From: an uncultured Candidatus Binatia bacterium | Lineage (GTDB): Bacteria > Desulfobacterota > Binatia > UBA9968 > JAJDTQ01 | Direction: 5' to 3' | Length of the DNA stretch: 64,000 nucleotides | Assembly: GCA_965242525.1 (NCBI GenBank) | Contig: OZ251459.1 | Location: 1-64,000 of the forward strand | Shown here: in pieces, positions 31,103 through 41,366 of the stretch | Position numbering within the stretch: position 1 is the first letter of the stretch | Layout: each line of letters begins with the position of its first letter | The notes under the pieces: model-generated | What the model was told of the DNA's origin: nothing | The model's input: only the letters and a program-made list of their open reading frames with translations | The model's database searches: none | Position numbers and translations under genes: made by a program

Positions 31103-32812
31103 CTATCGCTCCGACCTCTTGAACTCGGTGCGGATCTCCGCGGCGAGCCGTCCCAGACGGTACGTATTCCAGTCGATGAACTTGGCGTAACCCGCCAACC
31201 TCGGATGCACCGAGGCGATCCGACGCCACATGTCCTGGACGATCCGGCGGTAGTCGGGATGCCCCTGGGGCATGGTCCTGAGCTCGCCGATGTGCACCGC
31301 CTCCCGCAGGTTCATCTTCATGTACCATCGCGTGCGATAGGCGAAGGGCGCCGCGTACTGGGCCTCCCGCGGGTGGTCCGCCCGGATGCGGTCGTGGACC
31401 TCCGCGGCCCGGTCCATGCAGCGTCGGAAGTCGTCCCCGAACCCGGCCTCGTCGATCTCGGGCGGCGTGTCGTAGCCGTGGTCGGTGGTGAAGTCCTGGC
31501 GTTCCTGGCTCAACAGGCGGTGCCGTTGGAGGTCCCGGTAAGCCCCCAGGTTGCCGATGACGTCGAAGGTGTAATCGACCTGCTCCAGGGCGCGGCCGGG
31601 CTTCTCGCGCCGGTGCCCGCGGGACTTCATGTAGGCGTCGAGAACGGCCTGCTTCCGTGCTTCCGGCATTTGCGCCGCCAGTTCCCGCAACTGTGACAGG
31701 GGATGCCTGGTGTGGGGGTAGAGGATGGCGGCGATGACCTTTTCCTCCGCTCGGTCGTCGTAGTCCAGCAGGGTGACGGCCGGGGCTTGCCGGTCCGGGT
31801 CCGCCGCCCGACCCTCGGCCATCCCGTCAACGACCTCCATGCCTGCGACTTGCCGGACCGGTTCGGTGACCAACTCTTCGGCCAGCGAGCGGGTTTGCCG
31901 GAAAGTGTCCGACAGGTAGGGGCTCGGCTTGGCGCGTTTCACGAACGAGGGGATCAGCGTGTCGAGCTCTCGGTGGATGGCGGACCCCAGGTTGCGGAGC
32001 TCTGCAAGGTCGCTGGAGTAGAACTTCGACAACAGGTGCTCGAACGCCTGTCCCACTCCGAACAGGCCCACGTTGGTCCGGGTCGCCGCGGGCAGGTAGC
32101 CTCGCAGGACGTCGCATGCGTGGGCCCGGACGGTGGCGCGATAGGCGGTCTCCGCCCACCGGGCAAGCTCCTCGTCCCGCCGGGCCTCGGCATACGTGAC
32201 CGGGGCGCCGGTCCGGGGGTTGCGCAACTCGGTCTCCTCCAGCGGAAGCGACTTGCGCACGTGCTCGATCATCGGCTCCATCTGTTGCGCATAGGCGGTG
32301 AACAGGAGCTCCATGAGTTCGCGGTAGTCCTGCGCGTGCTTCGACTTGGCGATGGTCGGCTCCACGAAGTAGAGGTATCGGCCCGCGGCGTCCTTGCGGT
32401 CGAAGCGGACGTAACGGGTGGACTTCTCCAGCGGCGCGATGCCGATGCGCGCGTCTTCCAGGTGCTTGGCCGCGACGTTGGAGATCTCTTCGCAGGCCAC
32501 GTGGGCGCCCCCCAGTTGCGCCACCGAATCGTCGCCGTACCCGATGAGCACCCGTTCGTAGAAGGCCCGCGCCCTGCGCACCGCGGGGTCGTCCCGGCTC
32601 GCCGGTCCGTGGGCGCCGAGCACCGGGGAGAGGTCCGCGTCGCCCAGGAACTCGTCCAGGAACGTGCGCCGGAGGTCCTTGGCGGAGCGGCTGTAGCGGG
32701 AGAAGAGCGCTCCGGCCACCTCCTGCGGCAGGTGCAGGCCGAAGACCGGCCGGTCCACGTTGCTGAAGAACGGGGCGAGCCGCTCGCGTTCGGCCGGAGT
32801 GAAGTCTGTCAT
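31103..32812 (-). CDS. thyX: FAD-dependent thymidylate synthase, long tandem-domain form
   Basis: EKSTRYV and RDLQRHRLLSQ ThyX motifs; ELRTMPQGHPDYR. Confidence 0.9.
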   Translation of the reverse strand: MTDFTPAERERLAPFFSNVDRPVFGLHLPQEVAGALFSRYSRSAKDLRRTFLDEFLGDADLSPVLGAHGPASRDDPAVRRARAFYERVLIGYGDDSVAQLGGAHVACEEISNVAAKHLEDARIGIAPLEKSTRYVRFDRKDAAGRYLYFVEPTIAKSKHAQDYRELMELLFTAYAQQMEPMIEHVRKSLPLEETELRNPRTGAPVTYAEARRDEELARWAETAYRATVRAHACDVLRGYLPAATRTNVGLFGVGQAFEHLLSKFYSSDLAELRNLGSAIHRELDTLIPSFVKRAKPSPYLSDTFRQTRSLAEELVTEPVRQVAGMEVVDGMAEGRAADPDRQAPAVTLLDYDDRAEEKVIAAILYPHTRHPLSQLRELAAQMPEARKQAVLDAYMKSRGHRREKPGRALEQVDYTFDVIGNLGAYRDLQRHRLLSQERQDFTTDHGYDTPPEIDEAGFGDDFRRCMDRAAEVHDRIRADHPREAQYAAPFAYRTRWYMKMNLREAVHIGELRTMPQGHPDYRRIVQDMWRRIASVHPRLAGYAKFIDWNTYRLGRLAAEIRTEFKRSER

Positions 32813-32859
32813 GTGGATGGAACGGGGCCTGCGCGGGCCGGCCACGGAACCTGTGTTAT

Positions 32860-33051
32860 GGAAACCCTGGACGATCGAGCGGTGGACGGGAGTATTCCCT
32901 CCGATCGAGCCGTGGACGAGGGCATTCCCTCACGGAACCTTCCCGTCTCCGTTCGCCCCGAGCGTAGCGAAGGGAAGACCTCCGTTCATCCTGAGCGTAG
33001 CGAAGCGAAGTCGAAGGACGCGCTCTTTCTCCGGGATCGTCCAGAGGTTCC
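32860..33051. mobile_element. MITE-like element with two REP-like units
   Basis: GGAAACCCTGGACGATC ... GATCGTCCAGAGGTTCC; TTAT duplicated on both flanks. Confidence 0.75.
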
Positions 33052-33210
33052 TTATTACCAGAGGACGGTTCGACGGGACAAACCCGGCCCCCGGGATACG
33101 GGGTCGCGGGCAGGGCCGCGCGGCATGGGACGGTCCTCCTGCTGGATACCGGCTCGATCCTCTGGCAAACTCTGTCCGAGAAGGCCACGTCCCCAAGGAG
33201 CACATGATTT

Positions 33211-35274
33211 ATGAGCGGCGCAAACCTGGACGAATTGTGCATCAACACCATCCGCACCCTCTCCATCGACGGGGTGCAGCAGGCCAACTCCGGCCACCCG
33301 GGCACGCCCATGGCCATGGCTCCGGTGGCCTACTGCCTGTGGCAGCGGTTCCTGCGCTTCGACCCGGACGCCCCCATCTGGCCCAACCGGGACCGCTTCG
33401 TGCTGTCCGCGGGCCATGCCTCCATGCTGCTCTACTCGCTGCTCCACCTGACCGGGGTCAAGGCCGTGGGCAAGGACTACGAGGCCCTGGGCGACCTCTC
33501 CGTCCCGCTGGAGGCGTTGAAACGGTTCCGCCAGCTCGACAGCCGCTGCCCCGGCCATCCGGAGTACCGCTGGACCTCGGGAGTGGAGACCACCACCGGC
33601 CCCCTGGGACAGGGCGTGGCCACCAGCGTGGGCATGGCCATCGCCGGGCGGTGGATGGCCAGCCGCTTCAACCGGCCCGGCTTCGAGGACCTCATCGACT
33701 TCGACGTGTACGCCCTGTGCGGCGACGGCTGCATGATGGAGGGGGTGAGCCACGAGGCGGCCTCGCTGGCCGGCCACCTGAAGCTGTCCAAGCTGTGCTG
33801 GATCTACGACAACAACCGCATCACCATCGAGGGCCACACCGCGCTTGCCTTCTCCGACGACGTGGCCACCCGTTTCCTGGGTCTCGGATGGAACGTGGTC
33901 CGGGTGGGCGACGCCAACGACCTGGAGATGCTCGAGCGGGCGTTCCGCACGTTCGGGGACACAGCCGACCGGCCCACGCTGCTGATGGTGGACAGCCACA
34001 TCGGGTACGGCTCGCCCAACAAGCAGGACACCAGCGGCGCCCACGGCGAGCCGCTGGGCGCGGAGGAAGTCAGGCTCACCAAGAAGCGCTACGGTTGGCC
34101 CGAGGACGCCGCGTTCCACGTTCCCGACGGCGTGCGGGAGCGTTTCCGCGAAGGCATGGGACGCCGGGGCAAGTCCCTGCGGGACGCGTGGTTCGACCGC
34201 ATCCGGGACTACCGGGAGCGGTATCCGGAACTCGCGGAGGAGCTCTACCGGATGCAGCACCGCCAGCTTCCCGACGGGTGGGACCGTGACCTGCCGGACT
34301 TTCCCCCGGACGCCAAGGGGGTGGCGGGACGGGACGCCTCCGGCAAGGTGCTGAACGCGCTGGCCCGGAACGTGCCGTGGCTCATGGGAGGCGCCGCGGA
34401 CCTGGCCCCGTCCACCAAGACGCGCCTCGTCTTCGAGGGCGCGGGAGACTTCTCGGCCGAGGACTACGGCGGGCGCAACCTGCACTTCGGGGTGCGCGAG
34501 CACGCCATGGCGTCGGTGATGAACGGCATGGCGCTGGTGAAGGTGCGCGCCTTCGGGTCGGGGTTCCTGATCTTCAGCGACTACGCCCGCGGCGCCATCC
34601 GGCTGAGCGCGCTGATGGAGCTTCCGGTGGTCCACGTGTTCACCCACGACTCCATCGGCGTGGGGGAAGACGGGCCCACGCACCAGCCGGTGGAGCACCT
34701 GGCGTCCCTTCGAGCCGTGCCCGGGTTGCTGGTGCTCCGGCCCGCGGACGCCAACGAGGTGACCGCTGCCTGGAAGGTCGTCATGGAGCGGCGCCGGGAG
34801 CCTGCGGCGCTGGTGTTGACGCGCCAGGCGCTGCCTACGCTGGACCGCAGCCGCTACGCCCCGGCCGACGGCGTGGCCCGGGGCGCCTACGTGCTCGCCG
34901 ACGCCCCGGACGGAAAGCCCGACGTGCTGCTGCTGGCCACGGGCAGCGAGGTCTCGGTCTGCGTGGAGGCATACGAGGCCCTGGCCGCGGAAGGGGTCAA
35001 GGCCCGCGTGGTCAGCATGCCCTGCTGGGAGCTGTTCGACGACCAGGACGAGGGCTACCGGAACGGCGTGATCCCGCCCGGGGTGACGGCCCGGGTCTCG
35101 GTGGAGCAGGCGTCGGTGTTCGGATGGACCAAGTACACGGGCGCGGCCGGACACCAGATCGGCATGCGGTCCTTCGGCGCGTCGGCGCCCCTGAAGGACC
35201 TGCAGGAGAAGTTCGGCTTTACCGCGGACGACGTGGTGGCCGCGGCCCGTGCGCAGTTGGCCCGCGCACGGTGA
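33211..35274 (+). CDS. tkt: transketolase
   Basis: ANSGHPG, RDRFVLSAGH, GDGCMMEG, THDSIGVGEDGPTHQPVE. Confidence 0.97.
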   Translation: MSGANLDELCINTIRTLSIDGVQQANSGHPGTPMAMAPVAYCLWQRFLRFDPDAPIWPNRDRFVLSAGHASMLLYSLLHLTGVKAVGKDYEALGDLSVPLEALKRFRQLDSRCPGHPEYRWTSGVETTTGPLGQGVATSVGMAIAGRWMASRFNRPGFEDLIDFDVYALCGDGCMMEGVSHEAASLAGHLKLSKLCWIYDNNRITIEGHTALAFSDDVATRFLGLGWNVVRVGDANDLEMLERAFRTFGDTADRPTLLMVDSHIGYGSPNKQDTSGAHGEPLGAEEVRLTKKRYGWPEDAAFHVPDGVRERFREGMGRRGKSLRDAWFDRIRDYRERYPELAEELYRMQHRQLPDGWDRDLPDFPPDAKGVAGRDASGKVLNALARNVPWLMGGAADLAPSTKTRLVFEGAGDFSAEDYGGRNLHFGVREHAMASVMNGMALVKVRAFGSGFLIFSDYARGAIRLSALMELPVVHVFTHDSIGVGEDGPTHQPVEHLASLRAVPGLLVLRPADANEVTAAWKVVMERRREPAALVLTRQALPTLDRSRYAPADGVARGAYVLADAPDGKPDVLLLATGSEVSVCVEAYEALAAEGVKARVVSMPCWELFDDQDEGYRNGVIPPGVTARVSVEQASVFGWTKYTGAAGHQIGMRSFGASAPLKDLQEKFGFTADDVVAAARAQLARAR

Positions 35275-35374
35275 GCCGGCCGGGAGGCTCGGGCCGCGGG
35301 GGACGCGGCCCCGGAGGCGTTACGGTTGGTTGCGGCACCGGCCGCCGGGAAACGGCGTCGGCCTGGAGGGAAAC

Positions 35375-36517
35375 ATGAACCCGTTGCAAGCGTTGGGCGA
35401 GAGCGGACAGTCGGTCTGGCTGGACTACATACAGAGGAAGCTCCTCGCCACCGGCGAGCTCAGGCGTCTGGTGGAGGAGGACGGAGTCACGGGGGTCACC
35501 TCGAACCCCGCCATCTTCGAGAAGGCGGTGGCGGACAGCGACGACTACGACGACGTGACCGCGCGCATGGGCCGGGAGGGGTCCGCGGACCCAAAGGCAG
35601 TGTACGAGGCCATCGCCATGCGCGACATCCGGGAGGCCGCGGACGTGCTTCGGTCCGTTTACCGGGAGACCGGGGGGCGCGACGGCTACGTCAGCCTGGA
35701 GGTGTCGCCGCACTTGGCCCACGACACGGAGGGGACCGTGGCCGAGGCGCGGCGGTTGTGGGACAGCGTGTCCCGGGACAACCTCCTCATCAAGGTGCCG
35801 GGCACCCCGGAGGGGGTCCCGGCCATCGAGCGGTTGATCGGGGAGGGCATCAGCGTGAACGTGACCCTGCTGTTCGCCCGGGAAGCCTACGAGCAGGTGG
35901 CCCAGGCATACCTGCGCGGCTTGGCGAAAGCGGCCGCGGACGGACGGGACCTGGGCCGGATCGCCAGCGTGGCGAGCTTCTTCATCTCCCGCATCGACAC
36001 GCTGGCGGACCAGAGGATCGAGGCGAGGATCGAGGCCGCGGACGAAGCCGGCAGGGAGCGCCTGCGGGAGCTGATGGGCAAGACCGCTATCGCCAACGCC
36101 AAGCTCACCTACAGGCGTTACAGGGAGATCATGCAGGGCGAGGGCTGGCAGGCGTTGGCCGGCAGGGGCGCCCGTCCCCAGCGGCTGCTGTGGGCCAGCA
36201 CCAGCACCAAGAACCCGGACTACCGGGACGTGCTCTACGTGGAGGAACTCGTCGGCGAGGACACGGTGAACACGGTTCCGCCGGCCACGCTGGACGCGTT
36301 CCGGGACCACGGCAAGGTGCGCAAGAGCCTGGAAGATGACGTGGAAGGCGCGTCCGAGACCCTGGCGGCGCTGGAGCGGGCGGGGGTGTCCATGCGAGAG
36401 GTGACCGACCGGTTGCTGGAGGACGGGGTGCGGCTCTTTTCCGAGGCCTTCGACAAGCTCCTGGCGACCATCGAGGAAGAGTGCCGGAAGGCCGCGGACA
36501 CGGGACCCTCGGCGTGA
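35375..36517 (+). CDS. tal: transaldolase
   Basis: GQSVWLD, GVTSNPAIF, IKVPGT, NVTLLF, QRLLWASTSTKNP. Confidence 0.96.
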   Translation: MNPLQALGESGQSVWLDYIQRKLLATGELRRLVEEDGVTGVTSNPAIFEKAVADSDDYDDVTARMGREGSADPKAVYEAIAMRDIREAADVLRSVYRETGGRDGYVSLEVSPHLAHDTEGTVAEARRLWDSVSRDNLLIKVPGTPEGVPAIERLIGEGISVNVTLLFAREAYEQVAQAYLRGLAKAAADGRDLGRIASVASFFISRIDTLADQRIEARIEAADEAGRERLRELMGKTAIANAKLTYRRYREIMQGEGWQALAGRGARPQRLLWASTSTKNPDYRDVLYVEELVGEDTVNTVPPATLDAFRDHGKVRKSLEDDVEGASETLAALERAGVSMREVTDRLLEDGVRLFSEAFDKLLATIEEECRKAADTGPSA

Positions 36518-37194
36518 GTCCCGCGCCCGTCGAGATCCTCCCGTCCATCCTCTCAGCGGACTTCTGCGTCCTCGGACGGCAGATCGCCGAAGTGGAGGAA
36601 GCCGGCGCGGACCGCATCCACGTGGACGTGATGGACGGTCGTTTCGTGCCGAACATCACCATCGGCCCGCCGGTGGTCGAAGCCGTCCGGCGCAGCACCC
36701 GGCTGCCGCTGGACGTGCACCTGATGATCGTCGAGCCGGAGCGCTACCTCGCGGACTTCGCCAGGGCCGGCGCCGACGTCATCCTGGTCCACCAGGAGGC
36801 CTGCCCGCACCTGCACGGCGCGGTCCGGCAGATCAAGGCGCTGGGAAAGCGGGCAGGGGTGGTGCTCAATCCCGCCACTCCGCTGGCGACCCTGGAAGAG
36901 ATCCTCCCGGAGCTCGACCAAGTGCTCGTCATGAGCGTGAACCCCGGCTTCGGCGGCCAGAGCTTCATCGAGGCCAGCGTGGAGAAGGTCCGCCGCCTCA
37001 AGCGGATGCTGGAAGAGCGCGGACTGGACGCCGCCATCGAGATCGACGGCGGCATCGGCCCCGGCAACGCGGCCCAAGTGGTGGCCGCGGGCGCCACCCT
37101 GCTGGTGGCGGGCTCGTCGGTGTACAACGCGCCGGGAGGCCCCGCGCAAGGAGTCCGCCGGTTGCGGGCCAGCATCAACGGCGAACCGGCCTGA
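36514..37194 (+). CDS. rpe: ribulose-phosphate 3-epimerase
   Basis: PSILSADF, HVDVMDGRFVPN, MSVNPGFGGQ, IDGG; GTGA overlap with tal. Confidence 0.96.
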   Translation: MSPAPVEILPSILSADFCVLGRQIAEVEEAGADRIHVDVMDGRFVPNITIGPPVVEAVRRSTRLPLDVHLMIVEPERYLADFARAGADVILVHQEACPHLHGAVRQIKALGKRAGVVLNPATPLATLEEILPELDQVLVMSVNPGFGGQSFIEASVEKVRRLKRMLEERGLDAAIEIDGGIGPGNAAQVVAAGATLLVAGSSVYNAPGGPAQGVRRLRASINGEPA

Positions 37195-37478
37195 CCTCCG
37201 CCCGCGCACGTCCGCACCCCGTCATTCCCACGAAAGCAGGAATCCGGCCTGACCTCCGTCCGCGCGCGTCCGCACCCCGTCATTCCCGCGAAAGCGGGAA
37301 TCCGGCCTGACCTCCGCCCGCGCACGTCCGCACCCCGTCATTCCCGCGAAAGCGGGAATCCGGCCTGACCTCCGCCCGCACACGTCCGCACCTCGTCATC
37401 CCCGCAAAAGCGGGAATCCAGACCTGACCTCCACCCGCACACATCCGCACTCCGTCATTCCCGCGAAAGCGGGAATCC
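37186..37478. repeat. 58-bp tandem repeat x5 containing a REP-like palindrome
   Basis: Units start at 37186, 37244, 37302, 37360 and 37418; core GTCATTCCCGCGAAAGCGGGAATCC. Confidence 0.92.
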
Positions 37479-37519
37479 ATGCCTGCCCTTCGTCCGCCTG
37501 CGCGCGTCCGCGGTCTGGG

Positions 37520-38392
37520 TCACGGGTCGGGGAAGGTCACTTCCAGGTCGCGAGTCCTCCCCGGCGTGACCGTCACCCGCCGCCGCGTCTCACCCAGTCT
37601 CTCGTGCCAGAAGCGCGCCTCGTAGTCTCCCGGAGGAATCCCCCGCACCGCGAAGCCGCCGGTTGCATCGGTCACCGCGAAGAAGCGGTTGGGCGCCACC
37701 ACGATGTACGCGCTCATCCACGCGTGGTGGAGCTCGCAGACCACCTTCACCACCCCGGGACGGCGGAGCGTCCTGGTCACCCGGCGCCATCGAGGCAACC
37801 CCTCGTTGAACAGGGTCTCGGGGCCCATGCGGGCATGGGCGTCGTGGAGTATGGGGTCGCTGTTCAGGAGGAGCACGGCGCTGCCCACAGGCGCCGCCTG
37901 GACGTGCGGCGCGAACCGGCAGCCCACGTTGTCCAGCGCGATGGCTTGGGGCCGCACCGGGGTTCGGCGGAGGCCGGCCCCGTGCAAGGTGACCACCACG
38001 TTCCGCAAGCCCCGGTCCGCGTCCACGAGCAGGCTCTCGTCGGGGACCGCGGAGCCGCAGAAAGCCCGTTCCTTGTAAACCCGCAACGCTTTCGGGGGCG
38101 GAGGCCTGCCGCGGAACCGCACCGTCCCGGCGATGGCGCCGGTGCCCGCGCGAACGAGTCCCGGCCTTGGCGCAAGGCCGTCAGCGCGCGCCGGACCGTG
38201 GTTCGCGCCGACCCAGAGGACCAGGCTCGCGGCGATGGCGAGAGGCGGCGCGAGGACCGTCCGCAAGCGCGCCGGCCGCGGCCGGAGTCCCGGCCCGGCT
38301 TCCGGCGGGTCCCGGTGGAGCCGGAAGCCGCGGGCACGCCAACGGTGGAAGAACGACGAGGACCCCTCGGCGCACGTTCGACGACGCGGCAA
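37520..38392 (-). CDS. exported carboxypeptidase-regulatory-like / cupredoxin-like domain protein
   Basis: GAIAGTV, CRFAPHV, NSDPILH, CELHHAWM, GIPPGDY..FWHERLG; true start probably downstream of 38392. Confidence 0.75.
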   Translation of the reverse strand: MPRRRTCAEGSSSFFHRWRARGFRLHRDPPEAGPGLRPRPARLRTVLAPPLAIAASLVLWVGANHGPARADGLAPRPGLVRAGTGAIAGTVRFRGRPPPPKALRVYKERAFCGSAVPDESLLVDADRGLRNVVVTLHGAGLRRTPVRPQAIALDNVGCRFAPHVQAAPVGSAVLLLNSDPILHDAHARMGPETLFNEGLPRWRRVTRTLRRPGVVKVVCELHHAWMSAYIVVAPNRFFAVTDATGGFAVRGIPPGDYEARFWHERLGETRRRVTVTPGRTRDLEVTFPDP

Positions 38393-38460
38393 AGGGGTCC
38401 TCGTCCGAGTGCTCGGGGAAGCGGTCCGTTGGGACCCGGACCGCCCCCTGGCGGGTTTGA

Positions 38461-39378
38461 TTAGTGGGCGGTTGACTGGACGTCCAGGTTGACCAGATCC
38501 ACCGGCCTTTCGGTCTCGGCCAGCATCCCCCAGCTCTTGATCCAGGCGGCGGTGCGCTCCAACTCGTCCGCGGGGATGGGCGCCGGGTCCACCACCACGA
38601 TGCGGCTGTCGCGGAGCTCGTCCGCCCTGATGGCGGCGATCTCCGGGTCGTCCTTGTGGTAGTCGATGAAGTACTGCATGTACTTCTTCTTGTCGGCGTT
38701 GATGCGGCGCACGGCCTCGCGCACCGCGCGGTTGAACTTCTCGTAGGTCTCCGAGTCCACCTTGTCGGACGCCACCTCGGTGCCGTGGAGGGAAGCCGAA
38801 ACCACGATACGGCAGCCTTTCTTCTCCGCCAGCGTGAGGTAGGGCTCGGTCAGCGGCGTGGCTTCGATCTCCCCCTTCATGACCGATTCCAGCCGGTAGC
38901 GGGAGCCGCGCGGGGCCTGGCAGAGCCGGATCTCGTCACGGGTGAGGAAACCCTCCAGCATGTGCAGCGTCAGGTAGTGGGTGCCGAAGAAGAACGGCAC
39001 GCCCACCAATCGGTGGGCGAGTTGCTGGGCGGTGTAAACCGGCGAGTCGGGCCGCACCACGAGGCCGGCATAGGCGATGATGGAGCGCCTGCCGACCTGC
39101 CGGCCGGTGTCCACGTCGGAGTCCTGCACCCGGCAGTAGTTGCCCCACTCGCAGGCGTTGTACATGTCCGCCTGGCCCTGCTCGAACAGCATGCCGTGGC
39201 TCGCGTGCGGGTTGGCGTCCTTGGGGTCGGTGACGTCGGTGTGGGTCTGCTTGTCGCCCGGTCCGCGGTCGGCCCACTCGATCTCCAGACCCTCCTTCTC
39301 GAACAGGCCTTCGGCGTCGGCCACCAACTCGCACAGACCCTGGAACGGCGCAGTGCTCTCGAGAACCAGCTTCTTCAT
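38461..39378 (-). CDS. NMT1/THI5/SsuA-like periplasmic-binding-fold protein lacking a signal peptide
   Basis: EGLFEKEGLEIEW, LVVRPDSPV, LTEPY.TLAEKKG; GGAG RBS before MKKLVLE. Confidence 0.8.
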   Translation of the reverse strand: MKKLVLESTAPFQGLCELVADAEGLFEKEGLEIEWADRGPGDKQTHTDVTDPKDANPHASHGMLFEQGQADMYNACEWGNYCRVQDSDVDTGRQVGRRSIIAYAGLVVRPDSPVYTAQQLAHRLVGVPFFFGTHYLTLHMLEGFLTRDEIRLCQAPRGSRYRLESVMKGEIEATPLTEPYLTLAEKKGCRIVVSASLHGTEVASDKVDSETYEKFNRAVREAVRRINADKKKYMQYFIDYHKDDPEIAAIRADELRDSRIVVVDPAPIPADELERTAAWIKSWGMLAETERPVDLVNLDVQSTAH

Positions 39379-39725
39379 GGCTTTCTCTCCTTTGTGTCGT
39401 TTTTTCCTTGCTGTTTCCTCGACCGGAGTCGAGCAGGAGTCCCACACGTCGCGAACGGAAAAGCCGCCCGCCCACGGATGGATCCTGCAACCTCAAGCTC
39501 CCTATACTACAGGTCGCCGCCCAAGCGCAAGAGTGCCATAAGGAACGACTGACCTCGGAAGAGGCGACCTTGTTTCGGGCGGGGCTTCGTGCCACACTGC
39601 CCGCCGATCTGGGACGATGGCTTGGGGAGTCGGGCCTCGTCCAGCGTCCGGGTGGTTCCGTGCCGCAAGCTCCATCTTCACACGCGCCTGCCGGGGGCTC
39701 CGGGGAGGGGCGGTCGCTGAAGGAC

Positions 39726-40958
39726 GTGGCCCAGTCCGGGGTGTCCTTCGGAGCGCTCCGACAGAGCCACTTCCGCGCCTATTTCTTCTACACCATGTTG
39801 GCCATGATGGCCGACAACATCGAGCACGTGATCAGCTACTGGGTCATCTACGAGATGTTCCGGTGGCCCGAGTTGCAGGGGTTCGCGGTCATCAGCCACT
39901 GGTCGCCGTTCCTGCTCCTCTCCTGGTACGTGGGCCTGCTCTCGGACCGCTTCGATTGCCGCCGGGTGATCCAGGCGGCCATGATCCTCTACTTCGTCCT
40001 CACCATCGCATGGGCGTTCTTCATCGTCACCGGGACCCTGCGGGTCTGGCACGCGTGCGCGTTGCTGGTGGTGCACGGGGTCGCGGGGGTGTTGTGGAGC
40101 CCGGGAAGCCAGCTCATCCTGCACGACATGGTGGGGCCGGAACACCTCCAGAGCGCCGTCCGTCTCAGCGCCACCAGCCGGCAGTTGGGGATCCTCATGG
40201 GGCCGGCGGTGGGCGGCTACATGATGCTCCGGTTGGGAGCGGCGTGGGGCCTGGTGGTGAACGCGCTGTTCTACGTTCCCCTGACCCTGTGGCTCGCCCG
40301 GGTCCCCTATACCGGCCACGGGGCCAACGCGGTGAAAGCGCGGCGGGTCACCTGGGCCCGGGCCCTGGAAGCGTTGCGGGAGGCGCGGAGCAACCACGTC
40401 ATCGTCTCCATGGTCTGCCTGGTGGGGTTTTCCTCGCTGCTGGTGGGCAACGCCTTCCAGGCGCAGATGCCGGGTTTCGCCGCCAGCCTGGGCAAGGGCG
40501 AGGCGGGTTACAGCTTCCTGCTCGCGGCCAACGGCGCCGGCGCGTTCCTGAGCGGCGTCCTGTTGGAGACCCGGGGGTTCCTCCAGGCCCGGGCGCGGAC
40601 GGCCATCGTCCTGGCGCTCCTGTGGTGCGCCGCCCTGGGGATATTCGCCTTCACGTCCCTCTATTACGTGGCGCTGGCGCTCCTGTTCGCCGCGGGGTTC
40701 CTCAACCTGGCCTTCCTCACCATGTCGCAAACCCTGGTCCAGCTCATCTCCCCAGTCCACCTCCGCGGCCAGTTGATCGGCCTGTTCATCATGTCCGGTC
40801 TCGGGCTGCGGACCTTCAGCGGCTTCACCGTGGGGATACTGGGGGGCGCCATCGGTATCCGGTGGTCCCTGGGCCTGAGTTGCGGCGTGCTGGTGGCGGT
40901 CATGCTGGCGTTGCTGGCGGTCACGGCCCGGGCGCAGCGCCGCGGCGCGGACGGCTGA
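39726..40958 (+). CDS. MFS transporter
   Basis: SFGALRQSHFR, GLLSDRFDCRRVI, multiple hydrophobic segments; start uncertain. Confidence 0.88.
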   Translation: MAQSGVSFGALRQSHFRAYFFYTMLAMMADNIEHVISYWVIYEMFRWPELQGFAVISHWSPFLLLSWYVGLLSDRFDCRRVIQAAMILYFVLTIAWAFFIVTGTLRVWHACALLVVHGVAGVLWSPGSQLILHDMVGPEHLQSAVRLSATSRQLGILMGPAVGGYMMLRLGAAWGLVVNALFYVPLTLWLARVPYTGHGANAVKARRVTWARALEALREARSNHVIVSMVCLVGFSSLLVGNAFQAQMPGFAASLGKGEAGYSFLLAANGAGAFLSGVLLETRGFLQARARTAIVLALLWCAALGIFAFTSLYYVALALLFAAGFLNLAFLTMSQTLVQLISPVHLRGQLIGLFIMSGLGLRTFSGFTVGILGGAIGIRWSLGLSCGVLVAVMLALLAVTARAQRRGADG

Positions 40959-41021
40959 GCCGAGCCGGTCACGGAGCTTCAGGGGAGGCGCAGAGTCTGC
41001 CGGTGGGAGGCGTAGTGAAGA

Positions 41022-41066
41022 CCCCGTTCGTCCTGAGCGTAGCGTAGCGAAGTCGAAGGACGCGCT
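41022..41066. repeat. free-standing REP-like unit
   Basis: CCCCGTTCGTCCTGAGCGTAGCGTAGCGAAGTCGAAGGACGCGC. Confidence 0.8.
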
Positions 41067-41167
41067 TCCCCCTGGGGAGCGGGATCTCGAGCCGGAATGG
41101 ATCCGATGTCCCCATGGATGTCGGGACCCGGACGAGGGGACCCGTGGTTACGGGTCGCCGGAGAGGG

Positions 41168-41243
<76 letters not shown>

Positions 41244-41366
41244 ACACTCGGCAGTTCGAACGGATGGGCACGGATAGGCGAAACGTCCCGACCCGTCCAA
41301 CCGAGACACCAGCATAGCGGATCGGACCGCGGGGAGGCAAGCCCGTGACCGGGCCGGGGAAGGCCG

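Noticed and set aside
37186-37478. Possible CRISPR array (palindromic 25-nt repeat with ~33-nt spacing)
   Set aside because: The intervening segments are near-identical rather than unique spacers, and no cas genes are present
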